DNA of 64,000 nucleotides from Octopus vulgaris (GCA_951406725.2 OX597825.1:16740001-16804000), one strand, 5' to 3'. Positions 40,697 to 55,448 are shown, counted from the stretch's first letter. Program-made: numbers and translations. The notes: a model not told the origin generated them from the sequence alone.

Positions 40697-40914
40697 TACG
40701 TATGCGTGTGCATATGTATGTGAATGTGTGTGCACGTATTTGTCCATATTTATTTTCCTATTACTTAGCGGTTTAGTAAATATATATGCATGCATATATT
40801 TATGTACGTACGTACGTACGTATGTATGTATGTATGTATGTATGTATGTATGTATGTATGTATGTATGTATGTATGTATGTATGTATGTGTCTATCTATC
40901 TATCTGTCTGTCTA

Positions 40915-40993
<79 letters not shown>

Positions 40994-42178
40994 GTCTCTC
41001 TATCCATCTATCTATCTTTGTATCTGTCTATTTATCTATCTATGTATCTATCTGTCCATCTATATACACATATACGCATATATTACATACACATGCACTC
41101 GCACAAGCACACATATATATTTATATTAATATATTTAGCGGTTAGTATATTCTATCATATTTCAGTGGCTTTGCGAATTCTTCTCTCTCTCTCTTTCTTC
41201 GTGTGTGCCTGTATCAGAGATTATGTTAATGCGGGTGCACGCTTGTGTCTATATATCTCTACATACAGATATATCTGCAGAAGCATTTATTTTTAAATTC
41301 TATCCAGTTTTCCTTACTATCAAAATCTATGATTATTATTGGCATAGCCGAAACGAAACGAACCCTGGCAGAAGTATTAATGTACGCGAATTTCAAAATA
41401 AGTGATTTATATATTTAGGAAGATGGGAAGAATACTGCGCCTAGAGTGCTTAGCAATGGCCACTTCAGTATAACACGACATATTTAATGCTGTGCTCGTA
41501 TTTAGTGGTATATTTATAGGACCGTATGACTTGTTAATGTAGCGCTTCCTTGAAGAAAACGTTCAATAAAGGAACCCCGAGCAGTTAAGTGCCTTCGATC
41601 GAAGCAGCTAGTTTTGTTAAATATACTGACAGACAGTAGAATTCCCACATTAGCTAACTTGAATACGTAAAATTATACGAGGAAACAATGTATATAAGCG
41701 TATATACAGGCACGCATAGAAATAAATTTAAGGATAAGCACACAGCATCGGCTGGAATACACACACACACATACACATACATATATATATGAGTACATAA
41801 AGGTGTGTGTATATATACACGCATATATACAAGCATATTAATATGTGAGTGTGTACAAAGAGAGAGAAACAGAGAGAGATAGAGGATGGACGGAAACAAG
41901 AAAACAGTGAGATAGGCACACATCTACATAAATATATGTATGTATGTGCGTATATAAAATATATGCACATACACAAACGCGCGTATGGCTGCGATTAAGT
42001 GTGCATGCTTCTGCTGGTCAATGTAGTTGGAATTCTAAGATTTATTGGGCCTCGTATATATATATGGAATTCATTATAGATATGCACGCTCATTCACCCG
42101 CACGAAATAATGCACATGTCTACGCATGCGCCTGCATTTACTTACATGTATACATACATACATACATACATACATACA

Positions 42179-42210
<32 letters not shown>

Positions 42211-42251
42211 CATGAGTGCATGTGTGTCTACATCTCTCTCTCTCTCTCTCT

Positions 42252-42298
<47 letters not shown>

Positions 42299-42519
42299 GT
42301 GTGTGTGTATGAAGTCTGTGCAAATCTAAATGTGCCCGTTCATACGGTTCCCTTACTCTATTATGTTGAACGTTTATTCAACTGGTGTGCGATCTAACAC
42401 AAAGACACACCAGTATACGCTTGCGTTACATTTTATACATACATACATACATACATACATACATACATACTTACATACATACATACATGCATACATACAT
42501 CAATACACACGCGCACGCC

Positions 42520-42675
42520 CCTCCACATATATATCTCCCTGTTTATTTCTGTGTTCCTTTCTGTTGAAGAGCGTAGGCTTGAAATGCAAAAGACATTCTC
42601 ACTTCTCGAGCATTAAACTAATACATCTGTTTGTATTTACACATCCATCTTTAGGTTTGTGTAAATTCTTACTAT
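42520..42675 (+). mobile_element. Short PLE-terminal fragment with a degenerate hammerhead (42557-42592)
   Basis: CTTT-CTGTTGA-A-GAGC gtag GCTT-GAAA-TG-CA-AAAG. Homologous to 61686-61875; ends at a (TA)n/(TACA)n tract. Confidence 0.6.
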
Positions 42676-42677
42676 AT

Positions 42678-42710
<33 letters not shown>

Positions 42711-42726
42711 TACATACATATATGCT

Positions 42727-42787
<61 letters not shown>

Positions 42788-42788
42788 C

Positions 42789-42820
<32 letters not shown>

Positions 42821-42879
42821 CCCTATGCTCTTTTCTCCATCAAAGTGTTCATTCTGGCTGATTCAAAATCAGAGATATG

Positions 42880-43673
42880 TTGGTACCGAGATTTGCTCCT
42901 CTGAGCTCTATTCAGCATCTATAATTTCTTATGCATGTACATTTAGAGTGCAGGTTTTGAAGCATTTTGTTTTATAGGATATTCCGATACCGGAGCAGTA
43001 GGCCTTGGTGCCTGACACCGTAGCTAAGCTGGCCATAGAAGAAAACTTTAGGTAAGGGTGTGTTTTCCATTCGTAACAAATAGCCAACACCCCTCAATTG
43101 CGAATTGTGAAGGAAACAGTCCTAGAATGTGACACCTTGCAAGCACCTCTGTGTTGGAAAGTTAATGCTGCTAATGGATGCTGCAAATTGAACCAAGGCA
43201 GCGAAGACAGAATGGCTCTGGTATTTTGATACAGCACCTGTAATGTGTTCATGTTTCATAGTCATAAAAAGAGAGGTAAGCCCTTCTGCCCGGTACAATT
43301 TTCATTTTTGTGGTCATGTAAATGCTATGATCTTTCAATTGTCTGTGCTGAAGCCTATCCAAAGTTGAGTCTACGCTAAACAATCGTCCATTCAGCATGT
43401 TCAAATCTGCTAAAACAAAAGCAACCCACATAATAAAGTCCTGCTGTTTGGTATTTTTCATTCCAAGATTGTTTCAAACACTGATTTTTAGAAGTAATTG
43501 CTTAAACATTCTTTAGACAACATTTAAAAAAGAGGACTCTTACTATTGGGGTTTTGCTATGCTGATACCCCTCTGGGAGGAATTCTCTTATAGCATTGAT
43601 GTTGCCCGTGCCGCAGGTGGTGACCACATTGAACACATATGGCTTCTTATTAAAATATTGCGTGATGAATAAC

Positions 43674-43711
<38 letters not shown>

Positions 43712-44000
43712 AGAACCTTCTAGAAGCATTGTAAAGAAAGACAGAAGAAAACGAGATAGCTTCTGCCAATGCAGAAAGTTTTTGCAAAACCTTTATAATT
43801 CAGGCGCAAATGCCTATCCTTAGAAGGATGCAGTTATGCAAATGTCCATTTATTTCGATTCCGTTATCTTACTGAAACTCCTCGGCGTTAGGTTAGCAAC
43901 AGTAGCAGCCACTCATCGAACTGTTGATGTTAGTAAACATTCAACTGTTGGTCTAGGCAACTCAAGAATTGTTGGGTGAGCCGAAAACCTGCACGATAGC
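42880..44000 (-). mobile_element. Degraded RTE-clade LINE fragment
   Basis: Minus strand around 42960-43160 reads LSNTEVLARC...SQLRGVGYLLRMENTPLPKVFFYGQLSYGVR, resembling the RTE C-terminal QLRWAGHV.RM...LPK..FYGEL motif. Confidence 0.55.
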
Positions 44001-44004
44001 GTGA

Positions 44005-44066
<62 letters not shown>

Positions 44067-45201
44067 CACATACATATAAATACATAAACACACACAGGTA
44101 TAAACGTCAGTGTGTCATTGTACAGAAATACCCAGATGTGTGAGTGCAAATATGCGTCTGTTTCCTCATATATGAATCTGAATAAATACGTATATATTGA
44201 TGTCCACGTTTTAGAATTACGCAAACATGCACATTTATACACACCTGTGAATATATGTACATACACAAACGTAGACACACCTCCACAAAATATACAGACG
44301 CATATAAATACTTGTATGATATATTCCTTAACGCTACAGGGTGTTGTTAAATATTTTGAATGCTTCTAAGCATTGTGGATAATTGAAAGTCAAAATCTTA
44401 TTGAATCTATATATTTAAGGTCTTCACTTCTTATAAAAGCGTTCTACCTTAGAATTTCTAAATCTGAATGAAATTTTAATCGAAATTTCGTTGATATTAT
44501 CATTGTTTAGAACTGTGTCTCTTGTGACGAAACATGTCTGTGACAAGTTGTTCAGTTGTATTGCAATAAGGTATAATCTATAGGGCCATATATCTATAAC
44601 GGAATGATTGACGGCGGGAAAGAAATAGGAAGCCAGGTGAACCAATTCGTGTGTGTCCTTGAGAGATGTGTCCGCCAGTAATGACAGGGAGCTCTTGAAG
44701 ACGTCGTAGCCGAAACTGAGTGGTACGAATTCTTGCAGGTAGTTGAATTTAGTTATGTCACGACTACTGGTCAGATAAAAGACACTCTATCTGTACACAG
44801 TTATGTTCTGTCAAAGAAAAGCGTCAATGAGAAAATCGTTAATGAGATTCCCATATCTCGTTTATCTAAAAATGTTTACAGCAACTGGAATTGCAATAAG
44901 TTAAGTAACTGGTCAAATGGCTATGAGAAAAAAAAAGAACAAAATAAGTTCTTAATGTTTTTACCGGGGTCTTAATGAGTTAGTCTCTTGAGTGAGAATT
45001 GTTTGTTATATTTTTTGTTATATGTATATATGTATGTATGTATTTATGTATGTATGTATGTATGTATGTATGTATGTATGTATGTATGTATGTACTTATG
45101 TATATGTGTGTGTGTGTATCGGCTACACACAAATGCACACACACGCGTACACACACACACATGGACATACAAGCACACGTGATATATACATACATTCAAT
45201 C

Positions 45202-45253
<52 letters not shown>

Positions 45254-45398
45254 GAGTATATACCTATGAGCGTGCCCATTTCTCACAGTCACGTTTTACG
45301 TATGAGACAAAGAGAACTCAGTACATAATACAGAGTATATATAATAATTTATTTGCTGACCTTGTTATAGAAGCAGCATCAATCTCAACAAATAAAAG

Positions 45399-45441
<43 letters not shown>

Positions 45442-46904
45442 ATGGCTACATATGAATATTTGTGAATATTACATCTAAAAATAGAAGCGTGTACACATAC
45501 ATACACAAAGATACATGTGTATGTATCATATTACTTTTTCGGCGAATGGTTTGATATATTTCTACTTAGCTGTAAACGTATATTCTAAAGAAATCGAAGA
45601 AATTTGCTATTAAGTGTACAGCAGGACAATGTTATTTTTTTTCTTTTCTTCTTTCGCTCTTTTTAATGTCCAAAAGATCTCTCACCATTGCTGTATATCT
45701 CGAAAAGGGCGGTATGCTTTTAATAGTTACTTACATTCAGAAAACTTCTGTATAATGGCTCTCAGCAATGTCATTCTTAACACGAGAGAGAGAAAGAAAG
45801 AGGTCTTTTGGTAAATTATCTGTTATTATTGATTTGAAATAATGCTTCTGCAGACAACTGTCTGAAGAGATGGAGTACGTTGAGCACAACTTGTAAACAC
45901 TTATGTTCATCAAAACAAAATGTTCACACGTTTTTTTTCTTCGTTTTCTCTCTCTCCCTCTCTATCACTCGATCTCTCTGGCTTTCTATATCTTTTTTTG
46001 AAATTACTCACAGAAACACGTCTCTAATAATAGAATGAGAAATAAATATTATTTAAAGACATTATTTGATTTACGTTTCCGACATGAACTATATGAAAAA
46101 CAACTATCTTTAATACAGAGAAAGAGGGTTTGCCGATGCAGAAATATGCTGCAATATTAGATTTCATTTCGACTAAATTGTTATTTCTCTTTTCTTTTAA
46201 ACTTTAACCTCTCTCATACACAAGTGCTATACGAAATATGATTTGCCTCTCCAAACACATTTCCACGACGTTTACAAGCTTTGCAAATTCGAAATTATTA
46301 CAATAAAAAGTAAGAGTTGTTGTTTATTTATGTAAAAAAGGAATTATTTAATTACTTCAGAGAATTTGTTAAAAATATTTTGATGCAAGTAATGTTTCGT
46401 TCAAGCGGATGCTGAATCAGTTCTGCTTTATAAAGATATGTGATAACATAGAGTATAGATGGAGATTTCACAGCTTCATTATTATATTATATGACAAATG
46501 GTGAGAGAACGTTTTTTTTTTTACCGAAACGACGCTGATGTTCAACATCTCTAGTCCTGCCAAGTTGACAGAAATGTTAAAATGCTAATTTTATTTGCAG
46601 AGGCGTACATTTACAGCTCTCAACTCACACGGTTTTACAGTTTTCTATTTCGTATTTTCTTCCTAATATAGTAACATTAAATACATCATGAAAATATACA
46701 AGAGTTTAATCTGATGTTTAAACTTACTATATAATATTTCAACAAAGACCATTGCACAGATGCCAATGAACCACCGACCATGCTCTCAAAGATTTACTCG
46801 TAGCTGTGTAACACCAGTACACACAAAGACTACTGTCTACGACCGGAAATTAAATAATCAAATTCAACTGCCGCGTTTTATCTACAATTGCAATATCTGC
46901 AACA

Positions 46905-47272
46905 GGAGGCGCAATGGCCCAGTGGTTAGGACAGCGGACTCGCGGTCGGAGGATCGCGGTTTCGATTCCCAGACCGGGCGTTGTGTGTGTTCATTGGGCG
47001 GAAACACCTAAAGTTCCAAGAGGGTCCGGCAGGGGGTGGTAGCGAGCTCTGTTGTACTCTTTCGCCAAAACTTTCTCTCACTCTTTCTTCCTGTTTCTTG
47101 TCTCCGACTTCCTACGCAACCGCTGAGCCTGAATGCGCATTCATCCATCCGTTGATGCTCTCGGTGTCGGGGGTTGACCAGCTTTCTCTTCTGCGGGTCT
47201 TACGAATAGCAAAGGATCACGTTTCGGACTTCTCCCACTAGGGACCAAGACCGATTCGCTCAACAAACAAAC
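46905..47272 (+). mobile_element. SINE family C (tRNA-Arg(TCG)-like head) with a distinct tail
   Basis: GGAGGCGCAATGGCCCAGTGGTTAGGACAGCGGACTCGCGGTC...GGTTTCGATTCCC; the tail ends in (CAAA)n. Confidence 0.8.
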
Positions 47273-47474
47273 ACCTGCAACACTATTATCGGTCGACGAA
47301 AAAAACAAATCAAAGACAAAAACAAAATACTTTAGTGTATGGCGGTCCTAGTAGATGACATTACAGCAGGATCTTCTGGTCCTTTCTAAGATAATTTCAA
47401 CTAACCAGTTCAGTCAGTACGGTTCTCACTTAAAATTATCGTCTGGTGTTAGTTCTGTCTTTATCCTCCCTACA

Positions 47475-47881
47475 TTACTCTTTTACTCCTTTACTTGTTT
47501 CAGTCATTTGACTGCGGCCATGCTGGAGCACCGCCTTTTAGTCGAGCAAATCGATCCCAGGACTTATAATTCGTAAGCCTAGTACTTATTCTATCGGTCT
47601 CTTTTTGCCGAACCGCAAAGTTACGGGGAGGTAAACACACCAGCATCGGTTGTGAAGCGATGTTAGGTGGACAAACACAGACACACAAACACACACGCAC
47701 ACACATACATATATATATGCATATATACGACGGGCTTCTTTCAGTTTCCGTCTACCAAATCCATACACAAGGCCCTTGGTCGGCCCGAGGCAACAGTAAA
47801 AGACACTTGCCCAAGGTGCCAAACAGTGGGACTGAACCCAGAACCATGTGGTTGGTAAGCAAGCTACTTACCACACAGCCA
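47475..47881 (-). mobile_element. SINE family A
   Basis: Minus-strand GGCTGTGTGGTAAGTAGCTTGCTTACCAACCAC head, internal microsatellite, GGCGGTGCTCCAGCATGGCCGCAGTC tail. Confidence 0.85.
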
Positions 47882-48614
47882 ATCCTGCACCACATTGTGC
47901 ACAAACCCGATAGCCCTCTCCTTCCCTCTTCATTCTTAGTTCTACCAAGTACGACCATAGCTGCCATTTTAGAAACCCTCTTGAATAATTTTAAATCAAA
48001 ATGGTAACTGTCAAAAAGTAAACTCTAGATTTAGGTTGAATCCATGTTAACCTTTGTCATCTCGTACTTTCTAATTCAGTTTTGATCCGCCGCTTTCTTT
48101 GTGACATACAATCTATCGCAATATATATTGAATACAAAATAGTGTCCTCTAATGTTCTCCTCGCAAAGGACAACCTCTTTGACACGTGAAACTTGGCACC
48201 TTTTGATCTCACTTTAGCCCAGCAACAACAGAATATATTCTTAACAATGGCATTACCCACCACCGTGAACCTTTGTTAATCATCAATAACTATGAATATT
48301 GCATCTGAGAATCAAAGAGAGACACCTATTGGAAACTTGCTTTTAAGTGTCATTCACCTTTAATACCATTTGATTGGACCTTCGACAGAACAATATAGTC
48401 ATTGAACAATGCTCATGGTCGCCAGGAAAACTTCTTAGCTAAGGTGTCTGCTTGTAATGTACACATCATTCATTAATCTCACACAAATTGATAATCATAA
48501 AGAAATTTTCCGACAGAGCATCGTATGAAGCTTATGAGGACAACCTCAGTGGTATTTGAACTTGGAGTTTAAAAGCAGAAGAAATGGCGCTATTAATAAT
48601 GAGAATAATAGTGA

Positions 48615-48836
48615 TTTCGAAATTTTGGCATATGACCAGTAATTTCGGTGGAGGTAAAAGTCGATTACATCGACACTAGTGCATAACTGATACTTATCAT
48701 ATCGACTACGGAAGGATGAAAGGCAAAGCCGACCTCGGTGAATATTGAACTCGGAACGTAAAGACAAACGAAATGCCGCTAAGCATTTTACCCGTTGTGC
48801 TAAGGATTCTATCAGCTCGCCGCCTCAACGATAATG

Positions 48837-48909
<73 letters not shown>

Positions 48910-49305
48910 CAATAATACTCTAGGCATGAGGGCCCAAATTTTTGGGGAGGGGCCAGTCGATTAGATCGACCCCAGTACGCAACTGGTACTTAATTTATCC
49001 ACCCCGAAAGGATGAAAGGCAAAGTCTACCTCGGCAGAATTTGAACTCAGAACGTAGCGGCAGACGAAATACCTATTTCTTTACTACCAACAAGGGGCTA
49101 AACACAGAGAGGACAAACAAGGACAGACACAAGGATCAAGTCGATTATATCGACCCCAGGGCGTAACTGGAACTTATTTAATCGACCCCGAAAGGATGAA
49201 AGGTAAAGTCGACCTCGGCGGAATTTGAACTCAGAACGTAGCGGCAGACAAAATACCGCTAAGAATCTCGCCCGGCGTGCTAACGTTTCTGTCAGCTGGC
49301 CCTCT
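48615..49305 (-). mobile_element. Cluster of three SINE family B units separated by (AAT)n
   Basis: One unit at 48615-48826 and a dimer at 48915-49305, each with GAAAGGATGAAAGG(C/T)AAAG. Confidence 0.8.
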
Positions 49306-49373
49306 TCATAACAACAGTAACAACAACAACAACAAAATCAACAGTAACAACAACAGTAATAATAATGATGATC

Positions 49374-49447
<74 letters not shown>

Positions 49448-49544
49448 AAGAAGAAGCGGAGGAAGAAGAAGAAGAAGAAGAAGAAAAAGAAGAAGAAGAA
49501 GAAGCGGAAGAAGAAGATATTATACATATACTAATGCAATATTG

Positions 49545-49865
49545 TGGGTCTCTATCACCGTGATCAACGTGACCGACCAGACTATCAGATGTTGCTACAC
49601 GTCGCGTGTCACAATGCGCTTTACACTGTTTTAGCTCTCAAATGACGCCACCCCGCTAGCTAAGCGAGCAGGCCAAGAGAAGAAAAAGCGAGCGCAAGTT
49701 GTGGCGAAAGCGTACAGCAGGGATCGCCAACATCCCTGCCGGAGCCTGGTGGAGCTTTAGATGTTTTCGGTCAATAAACACTCACAACGCCTGGTCTGGG
49801 AATCGAAACCACGATCCGACAACTGCAAGTCCACTGCCCTAACCACTGGGCCATTGCGCCTCTAC
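49545..49865 (-). mobile_element. SINE family C with another distinct tail
   Basis: Head at 49865-49780; tail GCTCGCTTAGCTAGCGGGGTGGCGTCATTTG...GTCACGTTGATCACG. Confidence 0.75.
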
Positions 49866-50954
49866 TGTGGGTCGATATAGTAAAATTAATTGGCTTCATA
49901 TAAAGTTTACATCTTAAACATGTATCAATGTGTTAAAATTCCACCAGTTTTCTTCCTATTCTTGTTTAATCCCCAAAATCATCTTCTGTAGAACAGTTCT
50001 ACGTGCATGATCATCAAAGACATTCCAGTCATGACGATTTACTCTTTTATGTAAATATAATGTATCTAGGACTATATGATTCAATGTCTTCCTACATTTT
50101 AACACAATAAATGCACATAATTAAATGGTGATGTGGGGCCGTGGCTGCTATATTTGCGATTAGACTGATCGTATAGAGATTCTTTACTGGTTCTCGAAGT
50201 CGAACTATTTCTGTTAGCGTTTTAGCCCCAGGGGAATCTTGACTGAACAGATATATGACGGAAGCCATTCCAGTATGACCATCTCGTCTTTTTGCATGTA
50301 TCCTAGTAACACAACTAGCTAATGTTTTGTTTTGTTTTGAAAACGGTAGGATTCGATTCTAAGGTATATCACTGTTATTTCTAATATTCTGAAGCGTCTG
50401 CGTATATATTTACCAAAGTAATTATTTGTTATGGCACTGAAAGCGAAGTTATGAATTGATCAGGTCGAAATTGTTCGTCATACAACATCAAAGAGCACGA
50501 TAAGGACTTCAGACATCCGTATACTTTCCATATGTTTTTCTACAGCTGACGGATCTAATATTTCTCGGCCATAAATACATTTTTTTAATGTTAAACATCA
50601 GTGTAGATAGTATTTAATATGAAATTCTGTGTACACAGGAAACCACGACATCGTTTTATTGATGTACTGCAAGAGACAGAGATATGATTTCATTTTTTTT
50701 TTTTATATTGTTAGAGACATGGTACTGACTGTAAAATATTATTTTTTTATATTTGTATAAGTAACTGAAGTTATATTTCTCGCTATATTGGCTAAATATT
50801 TCTTCCTACTCTCTTTTGGTTCCTATACATACACAGATGGATAAATCATTTTCGTTTATCATTTATTCTTTTATGTGTTTCATCCTAAAATTTGTGTCCA
50901 TGCTGGAGTAACACCTGTATTATCGCCTTTTCGATGGCCATCTCTATTGGGTTG

Positions 50955-51790
50955 GCTTTTGATGAATAAGGGAGTTTGGTTTTGCTGTTCTCCTAAAAGT
51001 CGCTTGCCGTGATAATGATTTATCTGGAGCTTTCAAAGGCAGAAGGTCAATGTACTTCTTGGAAATATCTTCGCCAGCTCCAACAAAATATCTCAGGTTG
51101 TTTTAGCAAGCTGTAGACTTTTGAATCCCACACTATTTCACTGTCTAGTCCTTACATTATACAAGATGTATGGGATCCATGGAACAGTGCCGCCGAGTCC
51201 TGTTCGGAGGATGGTACCTTTCTCGATGCCAAATTTCGGTACCAGCCCCTCTTGTTTTTGCACCCTTTTAAATCCTAGCCAGACTCATGGGGCCGGTTTC
51301 CTGGTTTCAATGGCGTATGTGTTCCCCACCTGGACAGGACGCCAGTCCATCGCAGCGCTACTCATTTTTGCCAGCTGAGTGGACTGGAGCAACGTTAAAT
51401 CAAGTGTTTTGATCAAGAACACAATGCATCGCCCGGTCCAGGAATCGAAACCACAATCTTACGATCATGATGCTGTCACCCTAACCACTAAGCCACGCGT
51501 CTTCACACCAGTCCCTCTAGGATCTTCCAAATGCATATCACTGCATATCTCACTCGGCTTCTCTCCAGGGAATACATTTTCAATTCTTTCAGTCTCTCGC
51601 AGTAGATTAAGGGATTCATTGATGCATACCTCTCGTTGTAGCACCGTTGAACTGCCTCGAGCTCCGCTACTAAAAACTGTTGGGCGACTAGAGTTGAGTG
51701 CATGAGTCCAGGCGGATGAGGATAGATGTCCTCCGTTGGACCTGCATAGTGTCCTCGTCCTTTGTTCTGGAAATTCTCGGAACCATTTAC
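50955..51790 (-). mobile_element. Degraded CR1/L2-group LINE 3' fragment
   Basis: ELEAVQRCY...ERLKELKMYSLERSRVRYAVICIWKILEGLV|PKFGIE... The reading continues across the SINE insertion. Confidence 0.75.
51252..51506 (-). mobile_element. SINE family D with V-domain-like tail, inserted in the CR1-like LINE
   Basis: TSD ACCAG(C/T)CCCTC at 51241 and 51507; GCGATGGACTGGCGTCCTGTCCAGG motif. Confidence 0.8.
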
Positions 51791-53110
51791 TCTGGATTAC
51801 TTTTCGAAACAGTAAAAATCTCACAATTGAATACAGGCGGTAGAGAGCGAACGAGCTAGCAAGATGAGAGAGAGAGAGAGAGCAATAAAGGGAGAGAGAA
51901 AGAGAGAAATAGAAAGAGAAAGAGAAAGAGAGAGAGAGGTAGAAAAAAACACACTGAAAATGAGACAGAGAATGACAGAGTGTTGCTAGGAAAGAAGATG
52001 AAAATATTGAGTAAAATATTTACAAATGTTCACAGTGTAGAGAAATTTGTTGAAGGAAAAAAGAAAGAGGATAAAAGTGATTGAAACAGACAAAGACATA
52101 AGAATATAGAAAAATTAATAGAAATAGAGGCCGTCAAAATGAAGAGAAAGAGCGAGAGAGAGAGAGAGAGAGAATGAACGTTGCTAGGAAACAATTGTAA
52201 AGAAAAAAATCTACAAGTGTACGAAGTTTTTAAAAATGCATGTCGGAACGGAATTGTGTTTACTGATGCTGAAATTTTCAATAACATAAGAAACTTAAAA
52301 ACCACAGTTTTCTTTAAAAAATTAAATATAAATTGGAAATATTAAGAATTTTATAGACAAAGAAGACCCTAATAATTACCTGGTTTCATAAAAGTTACAT
52401 AATTCGAACTAATCAATAAACAACTTTCTCCATTATAGTAAAGATACAGTTTTAGAGTCAAGGGGAGATGCCATTAGATAGATTACAGTAACTTTGCCTT
52501 TCGTATTCCAAATGTCACCAAGAAAATTTCTCTGTGATAATTATCGTTAAGAGTTATTTCTTATGTCTCAGGTTTTGAATGTGGTCTTTTATAAATGCAC
52601 CAGCCTATTTCGTAATTTTTTTTCTGTATATAAAATTTTATTGCAAAGTCGTTGATTGGGCTATTTTTTAGGTGTATGATAAAACGATTTGGATTTAGGT
52701 TAACTATATGAATAAATAACGACTATATGAATTAGTCATGACTATATCAATAAATCACAATATCAGATTCTGAAGGACTTTTTCCTTTGATCCATGCCAG
52801 TTTTTATACGTGTTATGATTTGCGTTTCACTTACGTATACAAAATTTAAATTAGTAGGAGAGTGTTGAATTCAGACTGTTTGAGTGACGAATTTCACTGA
52901 TGTTTTGGGAGTGGCGAGAGATTTGAGAGGCTATAACGTCTAAGCAGAGGTATTTGACGTTTACACTATTTTTGTTTTATTATGAATGTTAAGACACTTA
53001 TGTTCTAGGGGAAAAGAGCTGGGCATTTCATCTATTTATATGTAGTTTCATTCTTACATGAGGGAACATTGTATAACACGATTTTTTCTATTCCTAGATC
53101 TAGTGTTTCT

Positions 53111-53877
53111 TTAAACCCTTGACAGCAGTTAACACAAATATGCGATCGCACTTTTGATTGCCTATCCGCGGTTAACGTAAATATACGATGTAGAGCTGCC
53201 CTACATCTATCACGGACTTTTTAGCGGCTGACGTATGTTTACGTTCGCTATAGTGTACTCTATCTCTTGAGGCTTGCGCACTCGCCATCCCGTGCATTAT
53301 CTTAGCTATTTTAGGTTACGTTCAAGTCATGAGACTAGCAGTAGACCAATGACATGCGGATACTTTACTTGCATAATACCGTGTTTTGAGTTGTACCACA
53401 TGCAAGCTATTTTCTGAACTTGAGCAGAATAACCCGTGCATATCATATTATGATAAATATATTTCTTTACTACCCACAAGGGTAGTGTGATGAACAAGGA
53501 CATACAAAGAGATTAAGTCGACTACATCGACCCCAGTGCGTAACTGGTACTTAATTTATCGACCCCGAAAGGATGAAAGGCAAAGTCGACCTCGGCGGAA
53601 TTTGAACTCGGAACGTAACGACAGACGAAATACGGCTACGAATTTCGCCCGGTGTGCTAACGATTCTACCAGCTCGCCGCCTTATTATGATGAATAGCTT
53701 CACATATTTCGTTTTCATAAACCGGTAGACGTAAATGTACGACGCTATGTTATTGTAACGGTGAACGTAAATAGACGCGACCTCGTTGGCACTTGTGTGT
53801 TTGTGTGGCCTCGTTAGATTAAAAAAACCGGAGCAGTGTCTCGCATGCTTCGGGTAATACCGGCGTCAAGGGGTTAA
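53111..53877. mobile_element. piggyBac-like non-autonomous element
   Basis: TTAA-ACCCTTGAC...GTCAAGGGG-TTAA (TTAA TSD, CCC/GGG ends). Confidence 0.6.
53460..53682 (-). mobile_element. SINE family B with Tx1-like tail, nested in the piggyBac-like element
   Basis: Full head GGCGGCGAGCTGGTAGAATCG; TSD-like TATTATGAT(A/G)AATA on both sides. Confidence 0.8.
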
Positions 53878-55408
53878 GGCGTATATTTAATGTAATTCAG
53901 TATTTCCTCAAATCCACTTAATGTTAATGCAATATAGTTGGGTATTTATCTCTCAGGCTATACATTCAATAATTTCTGTCTGACATTGTTTACTAAGGCT
54001 TTTATGGTTTGGTTGTGTGGATAACCAATGAAATATTTGCATATGTATACTGATTATTGTTTGGTTTTTGTTAGTGGCAATATTTATCAGTGTTCAACAA
54101 GTCGAACCGAACGCCAAGGAAATTAAACGAACGGTTTTTAAATATAATAATGAAATGCAATAATTGAGAAACTTGTAAGTAACTTAAAGTTGTCTGTACA
54201 AAATATTTTCCGGCTATTACTTGTAAATTGATGAGATGTTCCTGATAAACTTTTATACTATAAAATATACAAAGAAAATTCTGAAATATTTTTGTTTCAA
54301 TAGAATAATGCGATTTGAGAATCATGAGAACACGGGAATTCTAAACATGCATGTTTTATAACTATGCAAAAGATACCTAGGTACAGGTCTCTTTTGAAAT
54401 TTAACGATTATTTCAAGTTTTTCTATATTTGTTACTAATTATGATACAGCACTTCGGAATTTTAAAGTCAAATCATTTACATTTCACATGAAACTACGTT
54501 GAACTTATTGTGCACGTTGGTGACTTCTAACTCTCAGTACACCAGTAAAACATTTGGGATTAAATATGCTTCATGTGCTTACAATAAATAAAGGTATATC
54601 ATAGTGGCTTGCTGTGTTATATTTACATTTTTCCGGAGGCTACGAAACAGGTAATGGATATCGCTAATGCTGTTATCATTTAACACAAGAGAATATATAT
54701 TTTTTTCTTAAAAAAGAGAATAATTATCTAACAAGCAAGCAATGGTTAATATACACTTTTGTCTTTGCACAAACAAGAATATCGGAAATATAATCAGGGA
54801 TTAGAGTCGAATGAATATTTTTTGGTACACAAGGAGGGAACCTGCGTTCTCTTGCAGAAAACTAAATATCTAAAAAAAGAAGCGCAGAATTCCTATCGTT
54901 AATGCACGGGTTGACTTTGAAGAGTAATAAATATTAGAGGAATAATACAATTATAGACGCATAGCTTTTAAGTATTCAGTTATATTTATTCATGCTACGA
55001 GTACGAATCCTGGCGGTTTTGCGGTTTACCTTTCATCACGCCAGCATCAATTAAATTAGTATCATTAATGAGTGCAGAGCACTCGCAATAAGCTGCGCTG
55101 TTTTACTGACGTTAAACACACACACACACACACACACCTACATAATCATACGTGCATACATACATAAATAAATATGTATGCATTTATGTATATATATATA
55201 TTTATGTGTGTGTGTGTATTCAGTGTGAATTAGAATGCGGAGGTAATTTTCTAACATGCAACAAGACAGAAAGGCTGAATGAATCAACGAATACAAAGAA
55301 ATGAAATTATTAAATAAAAATCGATGAGAGTACAACGTTGGGGCATCATTGTTTATGGCTGACGTTTATTGTGTATGCGTTGATATTTACATACACACAC
55401 ACACACAG

Positions 55409-55448
<40 letters not shown>

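Noticed and set aside
44510-44545. Hammerhead-like GTC tcttgt GAC-GAAAC-AT-GTC
   Set aside because: The upstream CUGANGA box is incomplete and there is no convincing stem I.
46905-46980. tRNA-Arg gene (also at 14210-14283, 32447, 49790-49865 and 63930-64000)
   Set aside because: These are tRNA-like SINE heads that continue into SINE bodies, with no proper acceptor stem.
47885-48545. Possible very old LINE RT remnants (also 30260-30520)
   Set aside because: Only faint motif resemblance; too degraded to call without an alignment.
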